A stretch of 64,000 bases of DNA, from positions 2,994,051-3,058,050 of the forward strand of contig KB095858.1 of the NCBI GenBank assembly GCA_000326865.1, written 5' to 3'. A program made the position numbers and the translations under genes. Positions within the stretch are counted from its first letter, which is position 1. Each line of letters starts with the position of its first letter. The DNA is from Helobdella robusta (lineage: Eukaryota). Under the pieces are notes generated by a model that was not told the origin of the DNA, made no database searches, and saw nothing but the letters and a program-made list of their open reading frames with translations. Shown here in pieces: positions 13,102 to 24,163 of this stretch.

Positions 13102-13954
13102 ACTAGACTTTGAGTAGTCATCCTCTAGCCTCTTAGCATCATCGTCGTGGAAACCATCATCGTCATCCAAGTAAGAAGCACGTCTGCTACTCACTTTATG
13201 ACCAGCATCTTGGTTGGCAGTATCAGAAAGTTTGTCATGTTTGCTCAGTTTTGAACTATCAGAACGTGACCTCTTCCTTTTTCGTGACCTTGAACTTGAG
13301 TACTTTGAACCGCCATCGTTTTTTTCATGAGAGCCTCTCTCCTGAGAGACTGATTTCGTTCTATAGATTCTATTTTTAGAAGGAACTGGTTTTTCCAGAG
13401 TTTTATCATTTTTTTTATTATCAACAATTTTCTTCTCTTTTGAATGTGACTCGTTTTTCAATTTGTGGTCATTTTTCGTTGAAGATGTTTTAGACATGTC
13501 TCGAGACTTGCGATGAGCTTGTGGCAATGTTGCTACTGCAGACGAGGACGACGTCTTTGATGATGATGATTTTGAAATGGCAGGAGGCGGTGACGAGTGA
13601 GAATGAGATAATTCCGAATGTTTTGATTTCTCAGATGATTTTGTTGTCGATGTCGTTGCTGTCTTTGTGGTTGTCGTTGGCTGTAGAAGTTTAGAATGAC
13701 GATGACTCTGGTGGTCCTGACGATCGTCATGGTGGCTATGTTTTTTACTTGCACTCCTGCTTCTTACAGGTTTTGACTTGCTGACCACATCATCAACAGC
13801 AACAGCAGCAGCAGCAGTAGTAGTAGCAGCACATTTATTGTTACCAACATCTTTTTCACCGCACTTGTCATCTTTGTGAGTTAATTCATCACGCTTCTTA
13901 TGTCCCCTGCAATGAAACCGCATTACAACAAATTTTAACAACAAAGTACATTTG
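13102..13954 (-). CDS. SCAF4/8-like RS/KH-rich exon (...SRSRKRKRSRSDSSKLSKHDKLSD...)
   Basis: ORF 13093-13986. Bounded by a tgtgtttttag acceptor and an AGT|GTAAAG donor. Confidence 0.65.
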
Positions 13955-14170
13955 CTAAAAACACAAACTGTAAGTTCTAACTTCATTCAACCAGCATAGC
14001 ATTACAATTGGTTATTATCAGTATGACGCAAATAATGATATAATTAAGAATATTACCACAAAATAAATGTAAATAATCAATATCAACAATGATAATTTCA
14101 AAAACTTTTAAAAAATTAAGATGTAACTAGATCAGAAAAATAAAGATAATTTTTAAAAAAGAGGCTTTAC

Positions 14171-15498
14171 TTGTCTGTGAGATGAGCATCATCTTTGTGT
14201 TTTTTCTGCACGACATCACAAGCAACATCATCCTTATCTTTGTGTGCATGTGTTTTGTTGCTGCTGCTGTTTTTGGTAGTTGGTTCATCTTTCTTCTTCT
14301 TCTTTATCAGTTTATCATCTTCCTCATCATCATTAGCATAACATTTGTTGCTCTTCTTTTGAACATCCTTTGCAATTTCAATCCTTAGGTCGGGTGACTT
14401 GTGGTGATGACGATGGCGATGATGCAGCTGTTTAGAATTATCTGCATTGCATTCATCGACATCATTCTTTTTCGATTTGCGTTGATGACTGCTATGATTA
14501 TCAGAACAATCATCACCACCGTCGCCATGTTTTTTACCATGACGCGTTTGACATTTAACCTTTAGATCATGTTCGTCATGGACAACCACCTCAACCTCTG
14601 ATTTTTTGCCAATGCCACTAAAATGTGTGCTAGTCAAGCTGGCAGTAGTAATTCTATCGACCTTTTTAGGGAGAATTTTGCTGATGGGAACAACGAGACT
14701 CGTGTTTGGCGGTTGGTGATGCAGTTGTTGTTTTTGCAAATAAAGATTTTTCTCAAAAACTTCATCAACGACGACGTAATACCTTCTAGGTTTATTGTCA
14801 ACTACAATGGTTGCGTTGTCGTATGATTTGCCACTTGATTTCTGCTTCAAAGTTGGTTCTGGCAACAAGGCAGATGTATGACCAGAGAGTTGTTGTTTTG
14901 TTGAGTTGATTATTCCATCAGAGGGACTACACTTTTTGTGTTTCTGTTTTTTATCTTTAGGCCTCTTCTTCTCTTTCTTCTCCTGCTCATTCATTATTAT
15001 CTCTATCTCATTGTTTTCTTCAGTTACGTTGGCACCAATATCATTGTAAGCTATTTTTGACTCCAGCAATATTTTGTCCGAAAATTCCATACCAGACTCC
15101 ATTCTGTCTAGTGAACTCTTTCTCGATTTGATGACTGAATGTTTAGATTTGTGCCTTTTATGTTTGTGGCTCTTCCTGCTACTTCTACTGCTGCTGCTAT
15201 GTTTCTTACGACTTTTGCGGCTACGACTGCCACGGGTTACGCTATTATTATCAACGTTAACAAGAACATTATCATTATTGACCTGTTTGTACTTTTTATT
15301 AACCACTTGATCATCTTTCTCTTCTGTCACATCATCATCATTTATTTCGCCCTCCTCTGGTGACAACACCTTTGTATCTCGAGTTGTGTGGCTGGTATTT
15401 CTACCACCATCATCGTCGTCGTCGTTCTCACCAGCATCATCACTATGTTCCTCATTTACATCATTTGTCTCGCAGTGGTGTGATGTGCTCTGTTTATC
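14171..15498 (-). CDS. SCAF4/8-like large acidic/basic exon (DKQSTSHHCETNDVNEEHSDD...SRSRKSRKKHSSSSRSSRKSHKHKRHKSKHS...HLTD)
   Basis: ORF 14167-15369 extends upstream to an aatag acceptor. An AA|GTAAAG donor ends it. Confidence 0.6.
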
Positions 15499-15690
15499 CT
15501 ATTATAAAAATTATTTATTTAAAGATTCCATTTGAATTACACTGAAAAATTATGCAATGTAATCATAATAACAATTAAACGAGTTAACGTAATTACAATT
15601 AAAGGAATTAATGTAATTATAATTATAGGAGTATTAATGATAAGTAATTATGGATGAGCGAATGGTAAACCAAGGTGACAGCAAACAAAC

Positions 15691-15872
15691 CTTATTATCA
15701 TCGTCTTCATCATCAGTTAACTTTTCATTGATTCTAGGTGTCGGCGGTTCGTCGAGGACGGGCGTGCCCATGTCAGATGGGGAGTCAGGAATTGAATTTG
15801 ACGGAGAGACAGGTGAAAAAAGTGTGTAGTCCTCGCGAGTGATGTTTGTCAAGTTTGTAGTAGTAGAAAAAC
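15691..15872 (-). CDS. SCAF4/8-like exon (FSTTTNLTNITREDYTLFSPVSPSNSIPDSPSDMGTPVLDEPPTPRINEKLTDDEDDDNK)
   Basis: ORF 15634-15852. An AAG|GTTTGT donor ends it. Confidence 0.55.
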
Positions 15873-16065
15873 CTGCTATGTTGTTGCTGCTGTTGAAAGT
15901 GGTTGCAATGTTGTTTTAGTTGCTTGTTGCGTTAATGCTATCCAGTTGCATTGCAGTGTCATTTAAAGTTGTTGCAGAAATGTTGTTGATATTGTTTGAA
16001 AGTATTGTTGTAGATGACGGAAGGTTCATTGTTGCCTGCTATTGAGAATTGTTGCAAATAATTAC

Positions 16066-16445
16066 TCGCAACTAATTCAGAGGTATTTTTGTCCATCGGG
16101 ATTGGTGTGAGTGTTGTTCCAGTTGATGTCGCCAATAAATCTCCAGCACCAGCAAAAGTGACATCAACATTTGTAAAATGATTGCCATCCATCAAGTTAA
16201 TGCCTGCATACTGACCAATTGCTGGCTGTGTTTGAAAAATTTGTTGTTGCTGCTGCTGCTGAAAACGTTGCTGTTGCTGAGATTGCTGTTGTTCGAGATT
16301 AGTGAACATGGATGGCGAGTACATATCTGATGTCGATGTGGTTGCTGGTGGTAGTGTATGTGTCGACAGTTGTTGTTGCTGCTGTTGCTGGTGCTGCTGT
16401 TGATGGTGCTGGTTCTCTATTGAGTCATTGTTATTCAATCTGCAT
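16066..16445 (-). CDS. SCAF4/8-like Q-rich exon (approximate bounds)
   Basis: ORF 15959-16438. A GCG A|GTAATT donor is present. The poly-Q region parallels the Q-rich SCAF8 middle. Confidence 0.45.
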
Positions 16446-16917
16446 TAATGTGAATAATTTTATATATCTTTTAAAAAACTGTAAAAATTTATGAAAACTC
16501 GACCAGAGAGAAAAAAAAACTAGAAAACTGACATAGGTGAGAATACAGAACTGACACTGAGCTGGTCGTTGGCTTTCTCCTCGTCCTCCAGATCGCTGGT
16601 GATATCACTCATCTCCGTTTTCTGATTGTGTGTATCAACTCAACCATTCAATGATAAACATTACATTAAACTATTAAATAATTTACACATCTTATAGTAT
16701 TATTTCCGACTACCTTAAGAACATTTTCATGCTAACAAGCAGTAAAACACATAGAAACAAATATGAGATAACATTTGAACAGATTGGTAATAATTTTCAA
16801 AATAAAACAGTATAATATGTAAGTTTTGGTCTCACAAATTTGTTAAACGTTATTTTAATAATTAATATTGGCATATTGAGAACTTGATCTGACTTCACTA
16901 ACAACATCACAAACCTT

Positions 16918-17330
16918 TGCACTATATGCTGGTGATGCATTGTCAGCATGGTAGTCTGAAGACATAACTGAGGAATCATTCAGATGATCATAGCCAGCAA
17001 TTGATTCAGCTGAAGTAGCTGAAGTAGCAGCTGTTGTTGTTGAATCATGTTGCTGTAGTTGTTCCTGCTGCTGCTGCTGCTGTGGCACTCCAATCCTGGC
17101 AACCAGGGCAGCTGTGAGTGCTTGGATCTGTGCCATCAGGTTGCTGTCAATCTGTGGTACAAATGATTGCTGCTGCTGTGCTTGGAGCAAGGATGGGATG
17201 TCCGCGATAGATTGCTGCGTTGTCGTCGTCGTCGTTGTTGCATGTTGTTGTTGCTGTAATTGTTGTTGCAAGAGTAACTGTTGTTGAAGCAGCTGAAGTT
17301 GCAGTTGTGGGTTTGCAAGAAGTGGCAGTA
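16918..17330 (-). CDS. SCAF4/8-like Q-rich exon (..QIDSNLMAQIQALTAALVARIGVPQQQQQ..; approximate bounds)
   Basis: ORF 16855-17271. Matches human LQALDAGLVVQLQALTAQLTAAAAA. An AAA|GTTTGT donor ends it. Confidence 0.5.
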
Positions 17331-17439
17331 GTAGCTGAAATGTTTTATAAAAACGTCATTATATTAGCAAAATAACAATGACATAGATAGCAACCAGGCA
17401 AAAAATGAGCAATGAAAACAAAATTCAAAGTGAGGAACC

Positions 17440-17613
17440 AACCTGCTGGGTGAATGTTTTCAACAGATCAACTGGCAGCTGTAGTGGCTCACCATCGGCA
17501 GCCAGCATCAAGGATGGTTCAGGAGTAGCAGCAGCAGTAGCAGTAGACATGAGCAGGTTGACCTTGTTAGCTGACAGCTGCTGTTGGGCAAGCAAAGCTG
17601 ACGGAGTCACTCC
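17440..17613 (-). CDS. SCAF4/8-like exon (QKRIEQITGVTPSALLAQQQLSANKVNLL...TFTQQ; approximate)
   Basis: ORF 17425-17610. Bounded by a caaatag acceptor and a CAG|GTTGGT donor. Confidence 0.45.
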
Positions 17614-17889
17614 TGTTATTTGCTCAATTCTCTTCTGAGCTATTTGTTAATTGAGGTTATTCATATTTTAAACTCTAAACTTTATACCAACAATTTTATG
17701 TAAAATAATTTTCTTAATAACTACATGAAATAAGTTGTTTCAACCAGAGTTATTGCACACTGATATTAAGATACATTGATGAATATCAACAACAGTAAAG
17801 AGAAACAGAGATTAAGAAAACACATATAAAAGAAATCTAACAGAAAAAATATGATATAGAAACAAACAACTAGCAAACCATTAACGTAG

Positions 17890-17963
17890 ATGTCTACATT
17901 GGTAGGATCGGCGGCCATGTCAAGGAGTGGCTGTATTATGTATGGTGAGAACATACTATTCTT
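17890..17963 (-). CDS. SCAF4/8-like CID C-terminal exon (KNSMFSPYIIQPLLDMAADPT...; the 3' end is uncertain)
   Basis: Matches human KNNVFKSEIIQPLLDMAAAL. A ctgtggcag acceptor precedes it. Confidence 0.55.
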
Positions 17964-18451
17964 CTGCCACAGGTTTAAAACTCTTACTATCTTGCACTAT
18001 ATGTGGATAGATGGATGGTTGGATATATGAATTGATGGATAGATAGATGAATGGATAGGTAGATTGATTAATTGATAAATAGATGTATGGATGGATGAAT
18101 GGATGGATAAATTGGCCATGAGTAGAACAATCTATCCATCACAATAATCAATAAAACACTTTTTACATATGATTAAATTAACTCAGCACAGCAAACAAAA
18201 AATTGATTTAAAAACAAAATAAGCAATTCATCAGCATTACGAAACAATACTATTTCATAACAAATCAATCATCATTTAATCCAACAATGATATATATCCA
18301 TAATTTTATTTGGAAAAAATGACAAAACTTTAAAAAATTGTAAACAAATAAACAATCAAACATTAATTTTAAAAATGTTCTCAAACAAATAAAATGGAAA
18401 AATAAATCCAACACACAAACAAACAAATTAATTTTTAAAAAATGTCCTCAC

Positions 18452-18613
18452 AATTTCGTTGGAAGGGCAGCTGAAGAGATCATGGAAGGTGACAGCAATG
18501 TTCCTGGAGAACCTGGCCACGAATGGATCCTTATCGGGGCCGAGTTGGTGTCTTGACTGTCTAATGATGGAGTCTATTACGTATAGACCCGGGAGTTTGT
18601 AATCCGGTTGGCA
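18452..18613 (-). CDS. SCAF4/8-like CID exon 3 (CQPDYKLPGLYVIDSIIRQSRHQLGPDKDPFVARFSRNIAVTFHDLFSCPSNEI)
   Basis: Very close to human CKPEYKVPGLYVIDSIVRQSRHQFGQDKDVFAPRFSNNIISTFQNLYRCP. Bounded by a tttcag acceptor and an ATT|GTGAGG donor. Confidence 0.8.
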
Positions 18614-18794
18614 CTGAAACCAAATACATTGTTCCAAATAATTTTAATTTTGAACTTTAGTCAAATAAGTAACTATCCTAACAAGCTGATGATCAACTAT
18701 GATATACACAATGATAAAGGTGTTTTAGAATACATCAAAAAAAAGATTAAAATAAAATTTGTTTATTATATAAAAACTGATAAAAAAAACTAAC

Positions 18795-18923
18795 TTTATG
18801 GATGAACTTTTCAATGCTAAGTACGACGTGCTTGTAATGTTTCAAGGACTTGAGGGCAAGTTTAGTGAGGCCATTCATCTTGGCCTTTGAGATGGGAGGT
18901 TTTACTTGGTACAATGAGTTTAG
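18795..18923 (-). CDS. SCAF4/8-like CID exon 2 (LNSLYQVKPPISKAKMNGLTKLALKSLKHYKHVVLSIEKFIHK)
   Basis: Matches human LYSLNDYKPPISKAKMTQITKAAIKAIKLYKHVVQIVEKFIKK. Confidence 0.8.
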
Positions 18924-19590
18924 CTGCAAGTAGATGAAAATAATGATCATGAATAAATGTTATTTTAGTCAACTGAAAGAATTCATTTTTCATGTTAATG
19001 AATAAAATGAACCAAAAAATGTATTTCTGAAAAAGAAAATGTAAAAAAAAAATTCTCAGCTGTAAATAAAATATTTTTCTTTGTCTATACATGCTTTGCC
19101 TCATTTATTATTTTGATGATGTCTTTTATTTGAATTTAGAAATTTGATCATATTAAAATATTAAATTTACTTTGCAGTCTAATCAATATCATAACATACA
19201 CATCAACACTTACTACTGAGTGAAAGTCAGTCAAATGAAATGAAATAAAACAAATTTACAAAACAGAAGAGAGGAACACTAATTATAATACAACATTAAC
19301 ATTTCATTCATTTCCCTTTTAATTAACAATTCAACATGATTTTTTTTAAAACACCAATCAAAACATCAGATCTAAGCATCTTCAAGTGCACGTGAAGTAT
19401 AAACTTGCGCTTTAAATAGTTTTGAAATGCATTGAGTGCAAGCTCGATAATTTTATTAATTTGAACTTAAATTCCCCAGAGGACTATCTGTAAATTAAAT
19501 GGCCCCAGTCAAAAACTATCACTCACTCCCTGACTGAAAATTTGTGCAAAAGTTAGATTTTTGTGAAATTTTTCAACAATTTATAATTAC

Positions 19591-19620
19591 CTCATTGTTG
19601 AATTCTTTAACTTCCTCCAT
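19591..19620 (-). CDS. SCAF4/8-like exon 1 (MEEVKEFNNE; ATG complement at 19618-19620)
   Basis: Matches human MEAVKTFNSE. A GTA donor follows. Confidence 0.65.
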
Positions 19621-20210
19621 TTTTGTTGAATTTAAAGCAAATCAAACGAGTTTATCCCCAATGAAAATGTACTTCTGTTAATAAAATCACACAACAACAA
19701 TTATCATACAAACTAAACAAATATGGCTGACAATAAAAATTAAATTTCCGGCGCTACATTTTTTACAAGCTTTTAAAAACTGGAGATAGATCGAGATTAT
19801 TGTAAAAAAAATAGTATTTTTAAATAGTAAATTAAATATATTTTAAACAAAATACAACATTATAAATTTAAATGTTTTATATTATGGCAAAACGTAATTT
19901 AAATTCAATTTGTTTAAATAATTACATTTCAATATTACAAATAAAGTTTACAGTCATTTTATAATTCCACACCTAATCGATTACTCCATGCCTAAAGTTT
20001 TAATATAATATAAGCTTAAATTCATATAATTAGAATAAATTGCATGGGTTTTAAAATTAATCTTTTCTCATTAACATATTCACTTACAATTTAATTTTGG
20101 GTTTTTCCAATTAGTCTTATTTAAAAACCAGCTGTTGCTGTATCATGTGTTTACAGCTCAGTGTATATGCGGTATGAAAATGTATGTATGAATGTATTTA
20201 TTTATTATGA

Positions 20211-20294
<84 letters not shown>

Positions 20295-20463
20295 GACAGT
20301 ATTAAAAAAACTTTACGCTATCATTAACGGTTGCGCATTGTTATGCAAAGCTCCATTAGTACCCGTTAGGTGAATGTTGATTGACATGTTCGTTACCTTT
20401 ACCAGGAATGAGTAATGAATTGTTGATTGTTAATTAGTAGTTATCAATAAAGATAAATTTGGC
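19621..20463. promoter_or_regulatory. Divergent (head-to-head) promoter region between the SCAF4/8-like and PARP4-like genes
   Basis: The two start codons lie 843 bp apart on opposite strands. The region contains a (TA)n tract. Confidence 0.5.
20215..20295. repeat. (TA)n microsatellite, about 40 units
   Basis: direct read. Confidence 0.95.
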
Positions 20464-20592
20464 ATGGGAGTCTTTTCAGGATGTACAATTTCCCTGGATT
20501 TTAGTAACTCCACGAAAGTGAAGGAGAAAAATGAGCTGAGGCAGTTGGTGACTGACGCTGGTGGCGTTCTGTCCTTCATACTCAACAAGCAG
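20464..20592 (+). CDS. PARP4: PARP4-like exon 1, BRCT N-half (MGVFSGCTISLDFSNSTKVKEKNELRQLVTDAGGVLSFILNKQ)
   Basis: ATG at 20464. A CAG|GTACAC donor ends it. BRCT-like, matching human PARP4 MVMGIFANCIFCLKV...ENGGKFSFSLNPQ. Confidence 0.7.
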
Positions 20593-20844
20593 GTACACTT
20601 TTATATTTACTTAATCAATCGATTCTAATGCCGAGTTTCAATTCTGGTGTCGGTTACTTGCTTAACTTCTTAACTGCACCTTGACTTGTATTATAATATA
20701 TTCTATTGCTTCAGTCCTGCTGCTGATATTTTTTATTCTCGAGCTAAAGTTTTATACCAGATCTGGTTTTCAGAATTTGTCTTTTAACTTTTAATATCTA
20801 TTCATTGTTTATTCTACAATTCAAATTTGCAAAATACACAACAG

Positions 20845-20987
20845 TGCAAATTTTTGGCCACAAATGATGCTGAAAAAACGAAGAATTCCAGCAAATGCCA
20901 AATGGCAATTAAGCTTGATATCGCAGTTGTGTCAACGGCCTACTTGTATGAATGTGTGTCAGCTGGTGCTTTGCTTGACGTTGCAAG
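20845..20987 (+). CDS. PARP4: PARP4-like exon 2, BRCT C-half (CKFLATNDAEKTKNSSKCQMAIKLDIAVVSTAYLYECVSAGALLDVA)
   Basis: Bounded by an acaacag acceptor and an AG|GTACAA donor. Matches human RLLDV. Confidence 0.7.
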
Positions 20988-21101
20988 GTACAAAATTATT
21001 CCCAGTGCTTCTGAACTTTCTTTTGAAAGAGGAATTATATCTGGTTGGCTTATTATTTAAGGGATTTTTATTCTTTTCATTACCTTCAAATATCTAATAA
21101 G

Positions 21102-21270
21102 AATATTTCTCTATTTTAATGAAGACGGGAAGATGACGAAGCCAGGTTCAACGTTGTCAATGTTGACTGCTTCACAATCTGTGAACCTGAAGGTCTGGAG
21201 AGCTACTGATGCAAGGAAACCACAATTTGATGAAGATGATTACCATGTCGTGGATTATGCAGTTTTTCTG
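21102..21270 (+). CDS. PARP4: PARP4-like exon 3 (RIFLYFNEDGKMTKPGSTLSMLTASQSVNLKVWRATDARKPQFDEDDYHVVDYAVFL)
   Basis: This is the only AG giving phase-2 entry after the stop at 21058. A CTG|GTAATT donor ends it. Confidence 0.55.
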
Positions 21271-21372
21271 GTAATTAATTATTCCAAACTGTTTTTAAAA
21301 TTTCGTTCTGTCAAGAACTCAAAACTTATAACTGTATATTTTATTCATGTTCTAATGAATTATTCATTCAAG

Positions 21373-21538
21373 AGTTCTGTGAAAAGGGTCAAACAATTGA
21401 AAAAAATATTGTACGAAGTTCTTGAACTCCATGCCAGTGAAGTTCCTTCTTCAAACAAATTTTATCATTTCAGAATAGTGTCATGCACTGGCCAATTAAA
21501 TGCTGAAAATGAGGTTATTTTGAAAGCAAACATTTTTT
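21373..21538 (+). CDS. PARP4: PARP4-like candidate exon (SSVKRVKQLKKILYEVLELHASEVPSSNKFYHFRIVSCTGQLNAENEVILKANIF)
   Basis: Open frame ending in a GTATGT donor; the acceptor is uncertain. One to three further exons probably lie between 21540 and 22394. Confidence 0.35.
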
Positions 21539-22394
21539 GTATGTATCTATTCGTACCATTTTCATTCTAAATTTATTTCTTTGTTTTTGATTACTAATTC
21601 TATTGTATTGATAAAATATGTGTAATAAAATTTAGACGCTGGACTCGATAGACAAGTTGGAATATAGGTACACAGATGATTCATGCACTGCCATGACAAC
21701 ATTTTCAAAATTGTTTGACGTCATCTCTGCCAATTCTGAAATGAAGCCCACTTCAAATCCAGGGAAATATGCTTGCTCCGTTAAGCTGGAAGAGGCGTGT
21801 GTTTTGAGAAACTTCGCTTTTTATTTGTCTGTTCATCTGTTTGTGTTTTTATTTCTTCTAATTTTACTGCATTCCTTCCTTTGTTTGTTCCTTTGTTCAT
21901 TTCTTTCTTCGTTCTTTCCTTCTTTTGTTCATTTGTTCGTTCGTTGATTTGTTCGTTCGTTTGTTCATGTCTAATGTTCATTTATCATTTGTGAGTTTGT
22001 AGATGTGAATGACAATAAGATGAATCTTTTTCAAATGTAATTAACAGATATCTCTTGTTTATTTTGTTGAGATATCTTTTTAATGATGTTTTTCTGAATT
22101 GAAATAACGAATGCCATGTTCATAATAATGTGCAAACAAACAAACAAACGAACGAACGAACGAACAAATATATAATGGAAAATTTAAATAAATGGCAATT
22201 ATTAAATCAGGATGAATTGCCTGCACTAACAAAATTATTCAATTGTACAAAAATACTTAATAAGAAAAATTGCTGACTTTCATTAAATAAAATTATTGAC
22301 TAGAAAATAGCACGAGATACATAAACCCCTCTGATAACTTAGAAAATATTTTTGAAACACCGCTACTACATCTTAATAGCTCCTTCGTAGCAAG

Positions 22395-22508
22395 GCTATG
22401 TGCATGACGATAAATCGTCCAGAAGATGGGAATTTGGTGGAACAAGTTTGGCAAGAGTCCGTCGGATCACTTGATAATCTTCTGGACTGCCCACTTTCCA
22501 CTATCAAA
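22395..22508 (+). CDS. PARP4: PARP4-like regulatory-domain exon (..EDGNLVEQVWQESVGSLDNLLDCPLSTIK)
   Basis: Matches human SQEVSDLVEMIWAEALGHLEHMLLKPVNRI. An AAA|GTGAAT donor ends it; the acceptor is uncertain. Confidence 0.45.
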
Positions 22509-22639
22509 GTGAATTTTTGGTTGCGTTTGCACGCTTTCGATGTTTACAACCATTTGCTTATTTGTTTTTGTCACGCGTTGTCTCGAGATGACGACGAGTA
22601 AGATGATGATGTTGACAAAGATAACGACATTACCTCAAG

Positions 22640-22870
22640 ACAAAGGTTGACAAAGTGGAAGCCATTCTAGTGCAGATAAAGCAGAAGCTGTCGGGAAATT
22701 CCACTAAGCCATCGTCGTCGTCATCGTCATCGCTGTTGTATGCAAACGACAATTCTAAATCACTCGGTCAGCTGCTGGACGAATTTTATGACCTTGTACC
22801 ACACAAGGCGGCCCATCAAAAAATGGACGTTGATTCAAAATGGCTGGCTTCTAAATTCGATCTATGCCAG
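22640..22870 (+). CDS. PARP4: PARP4-like regulatory/helical-domain exon (TKVDKVEAILVQIKQKLSGN...LGQLLDEFYDLVPHKAAHQKMDVDSKWLASKFDLCQ)
   Basis: Matches human SKAEGILLLVKAALKNGETAEQLQKMMTEFYRLIPHKGTMPKEVNLGLLAKKADLCQ. Confidence 0.75.
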
Positions 22871-22937
22871 GTGAACGATATTGTAATGTTTAAATTTGGA
22901 AATTTTGTTTCAAAGTTAATTACAAATCAACAAACAG

Positions 22938-23132
22938 CTAATTCGGGATATGTTAAATCTCTCTGAAACTACCGGGTTTTCCGACAAATGTCCAACCATT
23001 ACTAAATATAGATCATTAAAATGCTCCATTAATCTATTAGACGAAAGTGAAAGTGAATATTCTGACGTCATCAACTTCATCAACCAATCAAAGCTTCAAC
23101 AGGATGGGTCGGTAGAAATGACATTTTTGAAT
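22938..23132 (+). CDS. PARP4: PARP4-like catalytic-domain N-terminal exon (LIRDMLNLSETTGFSDKCPTITKYRSLKCSINLLDESESEYSDVINFINQS...TFLN)
   Basis: Matches human LIRDMVNVCETNLSKPNPPSLAKYRALRCKIEHVEQNTEEF. Bounded by a caaacag acceptor and an AAT|GTATGA donor. Confidence 0.8.
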
Positions 23133-23350
23133 GTATGATGAATGAATGCGTGAATGAAAGAGCGAACGAACGAGTAATGAACAAACGAACGAACAGATTA
23201 AACGGTTAGATGAATAGATGGATTAACAGACAGATAGAATTAGATGAATGAACGAAAGATGTAAATTAATGAATCAAATTATAAGAATTATCAGTATGCA
23301 ACGACCCATTAACTTGTTTATTGTTCAGATATCCTGACATAAGCATCAAG

Positions 23351-23487
23351 AAAATTTTTAGCATCCACAAGCCATTTGAAGCATCTCTGTTCCAAGAGAA
23401 TACAAGGAAGAATTTCGATAAAAATGACAACACTGTGAGGTTGTTTCATTGCTCGAGACCTGAAAACGTTGTCGGCATTTTATCAAG
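23351..23487 (+). CDS. PARP4: PARP4-like catalytic exon with H-C-S motif (KIFSIHKPFEASLFQENTRKNFDKNDNTVRLFHCSRPENVVGILS)
   Basis: Matches human VLQIFRV...VRPLLHGSPVQNIVGILCRG. Phase-0 acceptor at atcaag; the alternative acceptor at 23328 is out of phase. Confidence 0.65.
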
Positions 23488-23781
23488 GTGATCCTTGTTT
23501 GTTTTGTGCTCCACATTCCTGTCTGCTTCAGCAGCTGAAACCTTCTTTTATAACATGCATTTGTTTTTTGTTTTCCGTCTCATTTTTTATTAATACTTTT
23601 TATTCAAATTATTTTTTAATAAAATTAAAATTAGACTTGAATTTTCTTAATAAATAGAAGTTATCAGAATATAAATGTTTTTGGAATACGAACAATTCAT
23701 AATCCCGCTGAAGTTAAAATTAAAATTTCTCAAAATGAAATTCCTTCACCCCAAAGTAATTTTTCTTCTCCAACGCAACAG

Positions 23782-23880
23782 AGGCTTGCTACTGCCAAAA
23801 GTCTTGGATGAAAGAATCGGCGGACCCTTGAACGAAGTGAGAAGATTGGGCGGGGGTATCTATTTTGCTGAATCGGCGAG
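23782..23880 (+). CDS. PARP4: PARP4-like catalytic exon (RGLLLPKVLDERIGGPLNEVRRLGGGIYFAESA)
   Basis: Matches human GLLLPKVVEDRGVQRTDVGNLGSGIYFSDSLS. Confidence 0.8.
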
Positions 23881-23988
23881 GTTTGTGGTTGTCCTACGTG
23901 TTACCATTTCGTTTATCATTTTGTCGATACTTATGCTTATCATGTCATTTTTTTACCATTGTATTATGATACAATTAACTTCTGACAG

Positions 23989-24163
23989 TGTTAGTAGCTT
24001 GTACTCGATGAAATCTGACCACACATCCTCCCGTTACATGTTCATATGTGAGGTCAATTTAGGGCTGGAGCAGGAGGTCACGAAGGAGTGCCCAGAACTG
24101 ACCTCACCCCCTCATGGCTACCACAGCGTCCACGCACTTTCGTCAAGGAAAGATCCGTTATCA
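23989..24163 (+). CDS. PARP4: PARP4-like catalytic exon (SVSSLYSMKSDHTSSRYMFICEVNLGLEQEVTKECPELTSPPHGYHSVHALSSRKDPLS)
   Basis: Matches human LLLICDVALGKCMDLHEKDFSLTEAPPGYDSVHGVS. Confidence 0.8.

Larger units (their letters stand above)
6262..19620 (-). other. Gene span: SR-related CTD-associated factor, a SCAF4/SCAF8-like gene (CID + Q-rich + RS + RRM + long low-complexity tail), at least 16 exons
   Basis: Exons along the span are collinear with remembered human SCAF8 domain order, and phases are consistent throughout. Confidence 0.8.

Noticed and set aside
18428-18452. Read-through IVRTFFKN* after the CID exon-3 donor resembles human IVRVLNLWQKN
   Set aside because: It ends in a stop 8 codons later with no downstream donor. 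The GTGAGG donor at 18451 plus the acceptor at 17966 give a phase-consistent junction, so about 11 aa of the CID helix may be encoded by an undetected micro-exon or be genuinely absent.
21640-22394. Several open frames (for example 21657-21947 and 21640-21670) that may be additional PARP4 exons
   Set aside because: They could not be aligned confidently to human PARP4 from memory, and splice phases could not be fixed. They were left unannotated; the gene model probably lacks 1-3 small exons here.
23324-23350. Stronger-looking acceptor ttgttcag at 23328 for the PARP H-C-S exon
   Set aside because: It gives the wrong phase (or an in-frame stop) relative to the upstream exon ending at 23132. The weaker atcaag acceptor at 23350 restores phase 0, although an intervening micro-exon cannot be excluded.
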